A stretch of 64,000 bases of DNA from the IMG/VR virus record IMGVR_UViG_3300010051_000550, positions 1 to 64,000 of that record. One strand, given 5' to 3'. Below are positions 8,904 through 16,825 of this stretch, one piece after another. Every line of letters begins with the position of its first letter. Within the stretch, counting starts at the first letter, position 1. A program made the position numbers and the translations under genes. This stretch comes from a virus (Duplodnaviria > Caudoviricetes). The notes under the pieces are model-generated. The model was not told the origin of the DNA. It saw nothing but the letters and a program-made list of their open reading frames with translations, and searched no databases.

Positions 8904-9104
8904 ATGCCAATCATCAAAGACGGTCATATCTCGCTCGCCGAGATAACCCCTACGTCCCAGCTTCATGCCTGCGCGAACTGCGGCACACGAGTTATTCTGC
9001 TGCTACCGATGCCGGTGAGGGAGTACGCACGTCATTTAAGAGCCTTCGAGCGGGCGCACAAGCGGTGCGAGCCGATGACCGCGCCGCCGGCTGAGGAGGC
9101 CTAA
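8904..9104 (+). CDS. Small Cys/His (Zn-binding?) protein
   Basis: CANC...HKRC; GAGGAGG RBS. Confidence 0.55.
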   Translation: MPIIKDGHISLAEITPTSQLHACANCGTRVILLLPMPVREYARHLRAFERAHKRCEPMTAPPAEEA

Positions 9105-9107
9105 CCC

Positions 9108-9560
9108 ATGCCCATCCTCAACTACACCACAGAGATATCGGCCGCGCGCACGGTTGGCGAGATTCAGAATATCCTTGCCCGCGCCGGCGCGGCATCCATT
9201 CGCGTCGACTATCAGGACAAGGAACCCGACGCCATCATCTTCATGCTGATGATTGGTTCTGCTCCGGTAGAGTTCCGCGTGCCGTCTCGCTGGCAGGGCG
9301 TTCATAGAATCCTGTATCTGGACGACAGCCCGGGAATGCGGCCGAAGTTTCGCACCGAAGCGCACGCGCGTCGCGTGGCGTGGCGCATCGTCAAGGACTG
9401 GATTGAGGCTCAGCTCGCTTTAGTCGAATCCGGCCAGGCCACGCTGCCCCAGCTTTTTCTGCCCCACGCGATTCGCGCTGACGGGCAGACGCTCTATGAA
9501 GTTGTCGCGGCCAACCCGCGATTCCTGCTGGGCGCAGGGGATGGGGCGGCCGACCGATAA
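9108..9560 (+). CDS. Conserved phage hypothetical protein
   Basis: MPILNYTTEI...TVGEIQ..L..AGA and RVAWRIVKDWIEAQLALVE resemble a widespread phage family. Confidence 0.75.
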   Translation: MPILNYTTEISAARTVGEIQNILARAGAASIRVDYQDKEPDAIIFMLMIGSAPVEFRVPSRWQGVHRILYLDDSPGMRPKFRTEAHARRVAWRIVKDWIEAQLALVESGQATLPQLFLPHAIRADGQTLYEVVAANPRFLLGAGDGAADR

Positions 9561-9590
9561 GAAACAGAGATGGAAACGAGCGAGGGATTA

Positions 9591-9929
9591 ATGGCACACA
9601 CATTCTACATTCTGGATGAGAACGGAGAGCCGCGGCCGATCGATGACATTTTGGTCTGGGGCAACTGGTGGGAACAGAATGATCGGGCCGTCGCCAAGAG
9701 CGATCTGGGTGATAACGGTCTGGTATCCACCGTCTTCCTCAGCATCAACCATCGGTTCGGCGGAGAGGGCACGCCCATCTTGTATGAAACGATGGTGTTC
9801 GGCGGGCCGCTGGGTGGGGAAATGGAGCGCTACACGTCGAGGGAAGCGGCCGTCGCCGGGCATGAGCAGATGGTGGCGCGGGTCCTGCAAGCGGCCGGTC
9901 TGGCCGACGACTCGACCTTCCCGGAGTAA
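9591..9929 (+). CDS. Conserved phage hypothetical protein
   Basis: VSTVFLSINHRFG..P.LYETMVFGG motif. Confidence 0.7.
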   Translation: MAHTFYILDENGEPRPIDDILVWGNWWEQNDRAVAKSDLGDNGLVSTVFLSINHRFGGEGTPILYETMVFGGPLGGEMERYTSREAAVAGHEQMVARVLQAAGLADDSTFPE

Positions 9930-9937
9930 TCGCATTT

Positions 9938-10108
9938 ATGGCATCTAAGCGCCACAAGCGCAGGCGGGCGTGTGTCACGAAGCGGGGCCACAGGGAGTGG
10001 GAGAGCGCTCGGTACGCCGCCAGGCGGCTGAATGGGAGTGATCCTTTCGGGCAAAAGTGGCGGCCGTATCGGTGTCAGTTCTGTGGGTTGTGGCATGTGG
10101 GTAGATAG
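9938..10108 (+). CDS. 56-aa basic Zn-finger-like protein (absent from the ORF track)
   Basis: Manual translation: MASKRHKRRRACVTKRGHREWESARYAARRLNGSDPFGQKWRPYRCQFCGLWHVGR. Confidence 0.65.
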   Translation: MASKRHKRRRACVTKRGHREWESARYAARRLNGSDPFGQKWRPYRCQFCGLWHVGR

Positions 10109-10123
10109 GAAATTGAGGGAACG

Positions 10124-10333
10124 ATGAAGCTGGATTTTTATGCGATTCGCGCGCTGAGGGAGGCCATTCGCCAGCTGCTGCCAGACGGCTGGGAGCCGTC
10201 TGAGGAGGAGCCGCAGATTACGGCCGCGCAAGATGGGCCTGACGCAGGGCGGATCGCGGTAGTGTTCGGGATTCGTCGCCGGAAAGAGATCGACCTGACG
10301 TTTCTGGAGCGTCGTCGTCGTGGTAAGTATTGA
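10124..10333 (+). CDS. Hypothetical protein
   Basis: GAGGGG RBS; operon context. Confidence 0.55.
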   Translation: MKLDFYAIRALREAIRQLLPDGWEPSEEEPQITAAQDGPDAGRIAVVFGIRRRKEIDLTFLERRRRGKY

Positions 10334-10362
10334 AAGCTTTGGAGAGTGAGGAAAACAAGACC

Positions 10363-11286
10363 ATGAAAAACAGCAAGATCGAGTGGACGGATCACACATT
10401 CAACCCGTGGGTTGGATGCACCCGCGTATCGCCGGGATGCCAGCACTGTTATGCCGAGACGCTGATGGCTGATCGGTATAAGAAGGTGAAGTGGGGGCCA
10501 CAGGGCGCGCGGGTGCGAACGTCGGCCGCTTACTGGAAGCAGCCCCTCAAGTGGAACCGCGAAGCCGAGGCCGCCGGTGTTCGCCGGCGCGTGTTCTGCG
10601 CGAGTCTGGCGGATGTGTTCGAGGATAAGGCTGACCAGGCGTACGAGATGGCCAACTGGCGGGAGGAGTTGTGGAATCTAGTTCAGGCCACGCCCTGGCT
10701 CGACTGGCTGGTCTTGACGAAGCGGCCGGAGAACGTGCGGCCGATGGTTCCGTTCGCCATGGAAGGCAATCCGTACAGTGAACTAGCCTGGCCTCACAAC
10801 ATTTGGATCGGGACGTCTGTAGAGAATCAGCAGCAGGCTGACAAGCGCATCCCGGAGTTGCTGAGAATCCCAGCGGTGGTGCGCTTCCTGAGCGTTGAGC
10901 CGCTGCTGGGGCCAGTTGACCTGAGCAACTACCAGCCATTCATCCAAAACGACCCGCGCCCATATCGCCGCGCGGCAGGCATCCTGTCGGGCCACATCTC
11001 GTGGGTGATCGTCGGCGGCGAGAGCGGCCCCGATGCGCGGCCGATGCACCGGGATTGGGCGCGGTCAGTTCGTGACCAGTGTGTCGAGGCCGGCGTACCT
11101 TTCTTCTTCAAGCAGAATGGGGAGTGGCTTCATTGGGAAGATGCACCCTCAGATCAGCCATACAGTTGGCTGCAAAAGAACGGCGAAATGAGGCGCGTCG
11201 GCAAGAAGGCTGCTGGCCGCCTGCTCGACGGCCGGGAGTGGAATGAGTATCCACAGGTGGCGGTGATTCAAGGCCAGGGGGCATGA
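10363..11286 (+). CDS. Phage Gp37/Gp68 family (DUF5131), radical-SAM-like three-Cys protein
   Basis: SKIEWTDHTFNPWVGCTRVSPGCQHCYAE; VFCASLADVF; LTKRPEN; RFLSVEPLL; WVIVGGESG; PFFFKQ. Confidence 0.92.
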   Translation: MKNSKIEWTDHTFNPWVGCTRVSPGCQHCYAETLMADRYKKVKWGPQGARVRTSAAYWKQPLKWNREAEAAGVRRRVFCASLADVFEDKADQAYEMANWREELWNLVQATPWLDWLVLTKRPENVRPMVPFAMEGNPYSELAWPHNIWIGTSVENQQQADKRIPELLRIPAVVRFLSVEPLLGPVDLSNYQPFIQNDPRPYRRAAGILSGHISWVIVGGESGPDARPMHRDWARSVRDQCVEAGVPFFFKQNGEWLHWEDAPSDQPYSWLQKNGEMRRVGKKAAGRLLDGREWNEYPQVAVIQGQGA

Positions 11287-11519
11287 TGAGCAAGCTGTAT
11301 TCGGGATTGCTGTGGCTGATGAATACGTCGCTGAAACAGGAAGCCGAGTTGGAGAAGGCGGCCGAGTATACGGAGGCGAAGTGCGGCGGTTCGGTGCGGC
11401 TGATCGCGTGTCCGATGGGTGAGGAGTATCCGGTTGCGTTTCGGGATATACCCATCCGGCCGGACAAGCGGATCATGAAGGGTCATGTTTATCTGGTGAC
11501 GGATGTGGAGGGGGAGTGA
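11283..11519 (+). CDS. Hypothetical protein
   Basis: ATGA overlap with the upstream gene. Confidence 0.55.
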   Translation: MMSKLYSGLLWLMNTSLKQEAELEKAAEYTEAKCGGSVRLIACPMGEEYPVAFRDIPIRPDKRIMKGHVYLVTDVEGE

Positions 11520-11776
11520 TGAGCAGATACTGGGAATGGGCTATTGCATTGATGATGATGCCGTGTGGATTGCTTCTCTTAACGACTGTATTCGATATGA
11601 CGACAATGGAAGGAGTGCGTATTGGACAAGTAGCATTCCCGTTGGCCGCGATTATCGTTGGAGTATTGGCCGAGGGTGAGCTGAGCAGAGATGTTGGTCA
11701 CTGCGACGACGAGTTTCAAATAGCATTGCAGGCGCTGGGCGGGGAGCCGGACAAGAGGATCATGTTTATCTGGTGA
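11516..11776 (+). CDS. Small 2-TM membrane protein, lower GC
   Basis: Two hydrophobic segments; flanked by a direct repeat. Confidence 0.55.
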   Translation: MMSRYWEWAIALMMMPCGLLLLTTVFDMTTMEGVRIGQVAFPLAAIIVGVLAEGELSRDVGHCDDEFQIALQALGGEPDKRIMFIW

Positions 11777-11806
11777 CGGATGTTGGTGGAGAGGAATAGA
11801 AGAACT

Positions 11807-12085
11807 ATGAAACTTTCTGAATTGAAGCCGTGCGAGATCTGTGGCGGGCCGGTGGCGCCGGTGTTTTATCGGGTGACAGTGGAGCAGGTCATGATTGACC
11901 CTGAGGCAGCCAATCGGGTGCTCGGCCTGAACATGATGTTCGGCGGTAATGCTCTGGACCTGGCGGAAACGTTCACGCCGGACGACGTGACTTTGGTGTT
12001 GCAGACGAACGCGACGGTTCTGTGCAGCGATTGCGCGACGACGATAGCGCTGGGGCAGGTGTTGTTTGATGATGACAGTTCATAA
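11807..12085 (+). CDS. Zn-finger protein
   Basis: CEICGG ... LCSDCA. Confidence 0.65.
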   Translation: MKLSELKPCEICGGPVAPVFYRVTVEQVMIDPEAANRVLGLNMMFGGNALDLAETFTPDDVTLVLQTNATVLCSDCATTIALGQVLFDDDSS

Positions 12086-12299
12086 CTGGGTAACGACCTA
12101 CCCGCTGTTAGCAGAAGGACGAGTTGCCTACATTGACTACAGAGCACACGGGATGATCGAGATTACAATAAAAGTTGGCGTATTCCCGACAACGGCCGAC
12201 GGGCTGCGGGGGGAAACTCTTTATTTTGAAGTTCCAGCGTCATACATGGAAATGCGGCCGCTGGGCAACATGGCGTCAATAACGGTAACGAACTCCTGA
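12066..12299 (+). CDS. Hypothetical protein
   Basis: Operon context. Confidence 0.45.
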   Translation: MMMTVHNWVTTYPLLAEGRVAYIDYRAHGMIEITIKVGVFPTTADGLRGETLYFEVPASYMEMRPLGNMASITVTNS

Positions 12300-12319
12300 G
12301 ATTCCCGTCGCCGGCCGTC

Positions 12320-12895
12320 ATGCAACTCTACCTTATCCCCGGGTTCTACCGATGCGACGACTGCGGCCGAACGGTTGACCGCGTTCGCCCGACGCGCCGC
12401 TTCCGGCTGTGCGACGATTGCTATGATCGCATCGTTCCGGAGTTTCGGCCGGGGGCGAAGGTCGGCCCCGACTCGCCTGAGCAACAGGCAATGACCCGCT
12501 ATTGGGAGTGGTACGGCGACATGGAAGAGCGCGTGCCGCCGCGCCGCCGGCCGGGGCACGCGGCGCGAATCCGGCCGACTGGCAGGATTGCCCGTTCGAC
12601 AAATCAGCTATTCCCGCTGTGCGATTGCGGCCAGCGGCGAGAAACCATCTCGTTCGTCAGCCGCGCCGAGGGCGGGCTGTTCGGTGGGCCGTTCCTGAAC
12701 GAGTGCCGGACGTGCCGCATGAAGCGCGAGATAGAAGAGCACGCCCGGGCGTCGTCGTGGTTGCACCCGGATTGGGATGATGAAGAGTGGCTCGACTTGC
12801 TCTACAAGTTCATTCCAGAGGCGTTTGAACTGAGGATTTTGCCGGATTACTGGTACGAATTGCGGCGAAAGGCGGCGAAATGGAGTGAGGGATGA
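12320..12895 (+). CDS. Cys-rich (multiple CxxC) hypothetical protein
   Basis: CDDC, CDDC, CDC, CRTC. Confidence 0.55.
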   Translation: MQLYLIPGFYRCDDCGRTVDRVRPTRRFRLCDDCYDRIVPEFRPGAKVGPDSPEQQAMTRYWEWYGDMEERVPPRRRPGHAARIRPTGRIARSTNQLFPLCDCGQRRETISFVSRAEGGLFGGPFLNECRTCRMKREIEEHARASSWLHPDWDDEEWLDLLYKFIPEAFELRILPDYWYELRRKAAKWSEG

Positions 12896-12925
12896 TTGAC
12901 ATCGGACATAAGGCAGGGTTACAAT
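12896..12925 (+). promoter_or_regulatory. Sigma70-type promoter
   Basis: TTGACA (12896-12901), 18 nt, TACAAT (12920-12925), followed by an AT-rich operator-like tract. Confidence 0.75.
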
Positions 12926-12970
12926 GAATTAATAATTAATATTTAATCAGCCCAAGGAGACAAGACCACT

Positions 12971-13291
12971 ATGGCTAAGAGAGGGCGACGGCCGCGCGGG
13001 GTTTCACCTATGCCGCCGGTTACAGTTACGGCGCTGCCTGAGGAACTCATCGCTATCACCATTCTCGGAGACGGGTCAACGTCTCTCGGCCTGCAGAAGG
13101 CGGTCAGGAGATTGGCCGAACTCGACCCGGAGATGGGGGATATGTTCAAACGGGCACTCTGGATCAGGAACCGGGTGGTCGAGATACTGGAGGAGAGAGG
13201 GGATAAGGTGACCGAACGCAACATCTATCGATATGCCAGCACCAACTTCTACGAGCTGGCGGATGAGGCCAGCAAGGTCGATGTTGGTTAA
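12971..13291 (+). CDS. Small DNA-binding protein (RHH/CopG-like N-terminus)
   Basis: RGRRP..VTVTALPEELIAITILGDGSTSLGLQKAVRR; paralogous to the next gene. Confidence 0.6.
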   Translation: MAKRGRRPRGVSPMPPVTVTALPEELIAITILGDGSTSLGLQKAVRRLAELDPEMGDMFKRALWIRNRVVEILEERGDKVTERNIYRYASTNFYELADEASKVDVG

Positions 13292-13318
13292 CGTTATTAA
13301 TTGTGATAAAATAACATT

Positions 13319-13528
13319 ATGTTAGTGGTTATGAATCAACAAACACGTCGTGGACGCCGGCACCTGGACGGCAAGTCGCCGGGGGCGGGTGTCTATGCAG
13401 TTCCTGTGTCATTCTCCCTGCTCCCTGACGATGTCGAGGAGCTTACCAAGATTGGTAACGGCAACCGCTCGGACGGCCTCCGCAAAGTGCTGGAGACGTA
13501 TCGGTTGACGCAGCAGAACGACCAGTAG
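13319..13528 (+). CDS. Small RHH/CopG-like regulator
   Basis: RRGRR..VPVSFSLLPDDVEELTKIGNGNRSDGLRKVLE; probable start 13331. Confidence 0.65.
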   Translation: MLVVMNQQTRRGRRHLDGKSPGAGVYAVPVSFSLLPDDVEELTKIGNGNRSDGLRKVLETYRLTQQNDQ

Positions 13529-13564
13529 AAGCTCCGCATCCCCTCTGGAGCAACGCGCCCCAAG

Positions 13565-13599
13565 AAAAACGGCCCTGACCAAAAGTCGGGGCCGTTTTT
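13565..13599. terminator. Bidirectional rho-independent terminator
   Basis: AAAAACGGCCCTGAC-caaaa-GTCGGGGCCGTTTTT. Confidence 0.85.
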
Positions 13600-13680
13600 C
13601 ATTGGGGGAGTGCAGTTGAGGGTGATTGTGGAAAATTATTAATTCATATAAAATAATACTATCAAATTTGCTCATTTCTA

Positions 13681-14994
13681 TTGACTATGAAACACAATAT
13701 CCACCCCGATCTCCTGCCCCTGGCGATGCCGATTGAAGAATGCCACCTTGACCCGGCCAATGCGCGCACGGGCCATAATGTGGAGCGTATTGCGGGGAGC
13801 TTGCAGCAGTATGGGCAGCGGAAGCCCATCGTCGTGAACCGCAGCGAGGCGGGCAAGATCGAGGCAGGCAACGGCACATGGCAGGCCGCGAAGTTGCTGG
13901 GCTGGACCCATGTCGCGGCGGTTGCCGTCGAGGATGATCCCAGCACGGCCGTGGGGTATGCGATAGCCGACAACCGGACTTCTGAGTTATCCCAGTGGGA
14001 CTACGAGGTGCTGCAGGCGTTGATAGACAGCCTCGATCCTGATCTCGGACTGGTGACGGGCTTCGAAGGGGATGAGCTGGAGGAGATGCTGCGGGCGGCG
14101 GGGATTGACCTCGGCGCGCCGGAGATTGGCGAACCGGGAGACGCCGAGCCACAGCTCGACCGGGCGGAGGAGTTGGCGGCCGAGTGGGGGGTCAAGCCTG
14201 GACAGATGTGGCGGCTGGCCAGCCGGACGGCCGGCCACGAGCATTTGATCATCTGCGGCAGCTCGACCGACGCGGCCGTTGTGCAGCGGTTGATGGGGGG
14301 CAAGCGGGCGGCGCTGTTCGCGACCGACCCACCCTACCTGGTCGACTACGACGGCACCAATCACCCGCAGGCGTGGAATGCGCCGGCCAACAAGACCAAG
14401 TCGATGAACAAGGACTGGTCGGAATCGTACAAGGACTGGGACTCGGCCGAGCAGGGGGTCGAGCTATATGACGGCTTCGTCTCGGTCGCGATTGAACACG
14501 CGATTGATCCGCACGCGGCCTGGTATTGCTGGCACGCGAGCCGGCGGCAGGCAATGTTGGAGGACGTGTGGGTGCGCCACGGGGCGTTTGTGCACCAGCA
14601 GATCATCTGGTTCAAGGATCGGCCGGTGCTGACGCGCAGCTTCTACATGTGGCAGCACGAGCCGTGCTTCTTCGGCTGGATCAAGGGCAATAAGCCGAAG
14701 CGTGCCGTCGACGAGTGGCTGGGGAGCGTGTGGTCGTTCCCGACGCAGACGGCGTTTGAGAAGACGGATCACCCGACGCAGAAACCGCTCCAATTGTTTG
14801 AGATTCCGATGCGGCAGCACACGGAGGTCGGCGATATCTGCTACGAGCCGTTCAGCGGATCGGGCACGCAGATTGTGGCGGCCGAGAATCTGGGCCGGCA
14901 GTGCCGGGCGGTGGAGCTTGCGCCGCCGTTTGTGGCGGTGGCGTTGCAGCGGTATTTGGATGCGTTTGAGATTCGGGCGGAGTTGGTGGAGTGA
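13681..14994 (+). CDS. ParB-like domain + N4/N6 DNA methyltransferase (beta class)
   Basis: N-terminal DPANARTGH/IVVN..IEAGNG/AIADNRTSEL; TDPPY catalytic motif; HPTQKP; YEPFSGSGT SAM motif. Confidence 0.92.
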   Translation: MTMKHNIHPDLLPLAMPIEECHLDPANARTGHNVERIAGSLQQYGQRKPIVVNRSEAGKIEAGNGTWQAAKLLGWTHVAAVAVEDDPSTAVGYAIADNRTSELSQWDYEVLQALIDSLDPDLGLVTGFEGDELEEMLRAAGIDLGAPEIGEPGDAEPQLDRAEELAAEWGVKPGQMWRLASRTAGHEHLIICGSSTDAAVVQRLMGGKRAALFATDPPYLVDYDGTNHPQAWNAPANKTKSMNKDWSESYKDWDSAEQGVELYDGFVSVAIEHAIDPHAAWYCWHASRRQAMLEDVWVRHGAFVHQQIIWFKDRPVLTRSFYMWQHEPCFFGWIKGNKPKRAVDEWLGSVWSFPTQTAFEKTDHPTQKPLQLFEIPMRQHTEVGDICYEPFSGSGTQIVAAENLGRQCRAVELAPPFVAVALQRYLDAFEIRAELVE

Positions 14995-15152
14995 CGCATT
15001 ACTACGCCTGGCGCAACAATGCGAAGCGAGCGCTGCTCTACAAGCGGCCGTGTCGCATCATTGCGGCCGGGAAGCTTGGTAGCGTGCTGGTTGAGTTCGA
15101 GGACGGCGGCCGGGAGGTGGTGTCGCGTCGAGCGCTGCGGAGGCTTAGGTGA
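14991..15152 (+). CDS. 53-aa conserved phage protein (absent from the ORF track)
   Basis: GTGA overlap; MTHYYAWRNNAKRALLYKRPCRIIAAGKLGSVLVEFEDGGREVVSRRALRRLR. Confidence 0.6.
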   Translation: MTHYYAWRNNAKRALLYKRPCRIIAAGKLGSVLVEFEDGGREVVSRRALRRLR

Positions 15153-15208
15153 TGGGGCGGACGAGAGAAGCCGGCAGGTGCCGGCTAAGAAGGTGAATGG
15201 TTCAGATG

Positions 15209-15493
15209 CTAGTCTTCGGGGACGCTGACGTAGCGGTTGGCGCTGGCGCACCAGTACAAGTTGTAGCCGTTGGGGCTGCGCTTTACCGGAGCAGGCTCGT
15301 CGCTGTTCTCTTGCGCAGCGATCAGGGCCTCGGCCGCTTTCGCTTGCAACTCTTCTATCTGGGCGCGCTTGGCGGCGAGGGCGGCGTCGGCGTGCTGGAC
15401 GGCTTCGGTGAGGCTGAAGCCGGATTTGAGCGAGAGCTTGTATTCGTTTTCCCAAGTCTTCCAAATCTGTCGTTCGGTCGGTTGCTTTTTCAT
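15209..15493 (-). CDS. Small hypothetical protein (cassette 3)
   Basis: GAGGAG RBS and its own promoter. Confidence 0.7.
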   Translation of the reverse strand: MKKQPTERQIWKTWENEYKLSLKSGFSLTEAVQHADAALAAKRAQIEELQAKAAEALIAAQENSDEPAPVKRSPNGYNLYWCASANRYVSVPED

Positions 15494-15524
15494 GGCGTAT
15501 CTCCTCGTATTGATGTGTGTCTAT

Positions 15525-15590
15525 CTGATGGACATGTTACTCGGACGGGGTACGAAGTCAAGGTCAATCGAATGTCTTTTGAATGTCTTT
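15525..15590 (-). promoter_or_regulatory. Repeated leftward promoter module, copy 1
   Basis: TTGACT (15556-15561), 16 nt, TAACAT (15534-15539); tandem AAAGACA boxes at 15573 and 15584. Confidence 0.75.
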
Positions 15591-15603
15591 TGGAGCGGGT
15601 CGT

Positions 15604-15638
15604 GACAGAGAGGAAGCGACCCGTTGCCGGGCCGCTGG
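15604..15638 (-). terminator. Repeated GCAA-tetraloop hairpin, terminator-like
   Basis: Minus strand GCGGCCCG-GCAA-CGGGTCGC plus pyrimidine tail; 34/35 identical to 15967-16001. Confidence 0.6.
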
Positions 15639-15661
15639 GGGTTGGGAAGAGGTTGTTCGGC

Positions 15662-15862
15662 TTATTCGTCGTTTTCGGTGAGGTACTGGAGGGCTTCCTT
15701 CAAGGTGTCCTCGGCCCTTCTTATATCGGAGAGGAAAGTACCCGCGAAGCTGGGGGCGCCGCGCAGGCGTTCCCGGTTGTGGATCATAACGGTGCGGATG
15801 TCATCCAGAAGAACCTCGATCATTTCTTGATGTTTTTCGTATTGCAGCAGTTTGTCGTTCAT
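15662..15862 (-). CDS. Small acidic helical protein (cassette 2)
   Basis: GGAG RBS, own promoter, downstream hairpin. Confidence 0.7.
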   Translation of the reverse strand: MNDKLLQYEKHQEMIEVLLDDIRTVMIHNRERLRGAPSFAGTFLSDIRRAEDTLKEALQYLTENDE

Positions 15863-15886
15863 TTTTCTCTCTCCGTAAGTGGTTTA

Positions 15887-15953
15887 CTGATGGACATGTT
15901 ACTCGGACGGGGGCAAAAGCCAAGGCTCAGTTCGATGTCTTTTCAGTGTCTTT
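15887..15953 (-). promoter_or_regulatory. Repeated leftward promoter module, copy 2
   Basis: TTGGCT (15918-15923), 16 nt, TAACAT (15896-15901); AAAGACA boxes at 15936 and 15947. Confidence 0.7.
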
Positions 15954-15966
15954 CGGGACGAGATGA

Positions 15967-16001
15967 GACAGAGAGGCAGCGACCCGTTGCCGGGCCGCTG
16001 G
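15967..16001 (-). terminator. Repeated GCAA-tetraloop hairpin, terminator-like
   Basis: Second copy of 15604-15638. Confidence 0.6.
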
Positions 16002-16024
16002 AAAGGTGGGGATGGAGTTGGGGG

Positions 16025-16276
16025 TTATTCGTCGTCGTCCTCGGCCTCAAACTGGTTGAGCTGCTCGATGATGTCATCGAGGTTGAGGTCGCCGCCGAGG
16101 AAACCGTGGTTGCTGCTGGCCATGATTTTCAGGTGGTCGAGGATGTAGGCCTCGGCCGCGTGGTCGCCGGAGCGCCGGACATACTCGTCGATGCGTTCAA
16201 TGGCGGCGTTCAGGTACTCCTGGGCTTCGGTGACCAGGTCGAGCAGGGCTTCTTTGTCAAAGGTTCGGGCAATCAT
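16025..16276 (-). CDS. Small acidic protein
   Basis: AAGGAG RBS; ATGA coupling; MIARTFDKEALL...EAEDDDE. Confidence 0.7.
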   Translation of the reverse strand: MIARTFDKEALLDLVTEAQEYLNAAIERIDEYVRRSGDHAAEAYILDHLKIMASSNHGFLGGDLNLDDIIEQLNQFEAEDDDE

Positions 16277-16512
16277 CGGGTCGTCTCCTTGCGGCCGAGT
16301 TCTCGGTCGACCGCGTCCTCGATCAGGCTCCAAAAATACTCTTCGCGCAGGCATCTCGTGCCGGCGGCGAGCAGCTCTTTGTACGCGTCCCGGGCTTCGT
16401 CGGTCTGGAAGATGAACTCGTCGTCATCTGCCTCGTCGGCGTGGTCGGCGATTAGCTCAGCGATCAGCTGGGCGATGGTGATGGGGCGCAGGTGGTTAAG
16501 CAAGTTGGTCAT
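16273..16512 (-). CDS. Small acidic protein
   Basis: GAGGAG RBS; MTNLLNHLRPIT...ADEADDDEF. Confidence 0.7.
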   Translation of the reverse strand: MTNLLNHLRPITIAQLIAELIADHADEADDDEFIFQTDEARDAYKELLAAGTRCLREEYFWSLIEDAVDRELGRKETTR

Positions 16513-16516
16513 GGTT

Positions 16517-16726
16517 TTACTCCTCATCGGTTACTTGCAGGAAGGTAAGCGCTTCTCGCAGGTGCTCTTCTACGTATCCAAGATCGCCAACGTAGGCCCA
16601 GTTGCTGCTATCGTCTCGGAAGCTGCGGCTGTGGTCGGCGACCAACTCGCTGAGTTGGCTCAGCATGCGCTGAACGTTGTCCTTGCGAGTTTGGTATTCC
16701 TTTTTCGTGGGCGTGTTGTTGATCAT
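16517..16726 (-). CDS. Small helical protein
   Basis: GGAG RBS after promoter copy 3; SNWAYVGDLGYV motif. Confidence 0.7.
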   Translation of the reverse strand: MINNTPTKKEYQTRKDNVQRMLSQLSELVADHSRSFRDDSSNWAYVGDLGYVEEHLREALTFLQVTDEE

Positions 16727-16748
16727 GTTTCTCTCCGTAAGTCGTTTA

Positions 16749-16815
16749 CTGATGGACATGTTACTCGGAACGGGCATAAAGCCAAGGCTCAATCTGGTGT
16801 CTTTTCAATGTCTTT
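16749..16815 (-). promoter_or_regulatory. Repeated leftward promoter module, copy 3
   Basis: TTGGCT (16780-16785), 16 nt, TAACAT (16758-16763); AAAGACA boxes at 16798 and 16809. Confidence 0.7.
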
Positions 16816-16825
16816 TTTAATCTAA

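Noticed and set aside
15604-16001. Cassette hairpins as integron attC sites
   Set aside because: No RYYYAAC/GTTRRRY ends and too short; each cassette has its own promoter; the recombinase lacks an evident IntI-specific insertion
15525-16769. Three identical 21-bp repeats as a CRISPR array
   Set aside because: Spacing is 362 and 862 bp with whole genes between; repeats coincide with promoter elements; no cas genes
15197-16825. 542-aa + strand ORF
   Set aside because: Antisense shadow of five minus-strand genes that have their own RBSs and promoters; implausible composition
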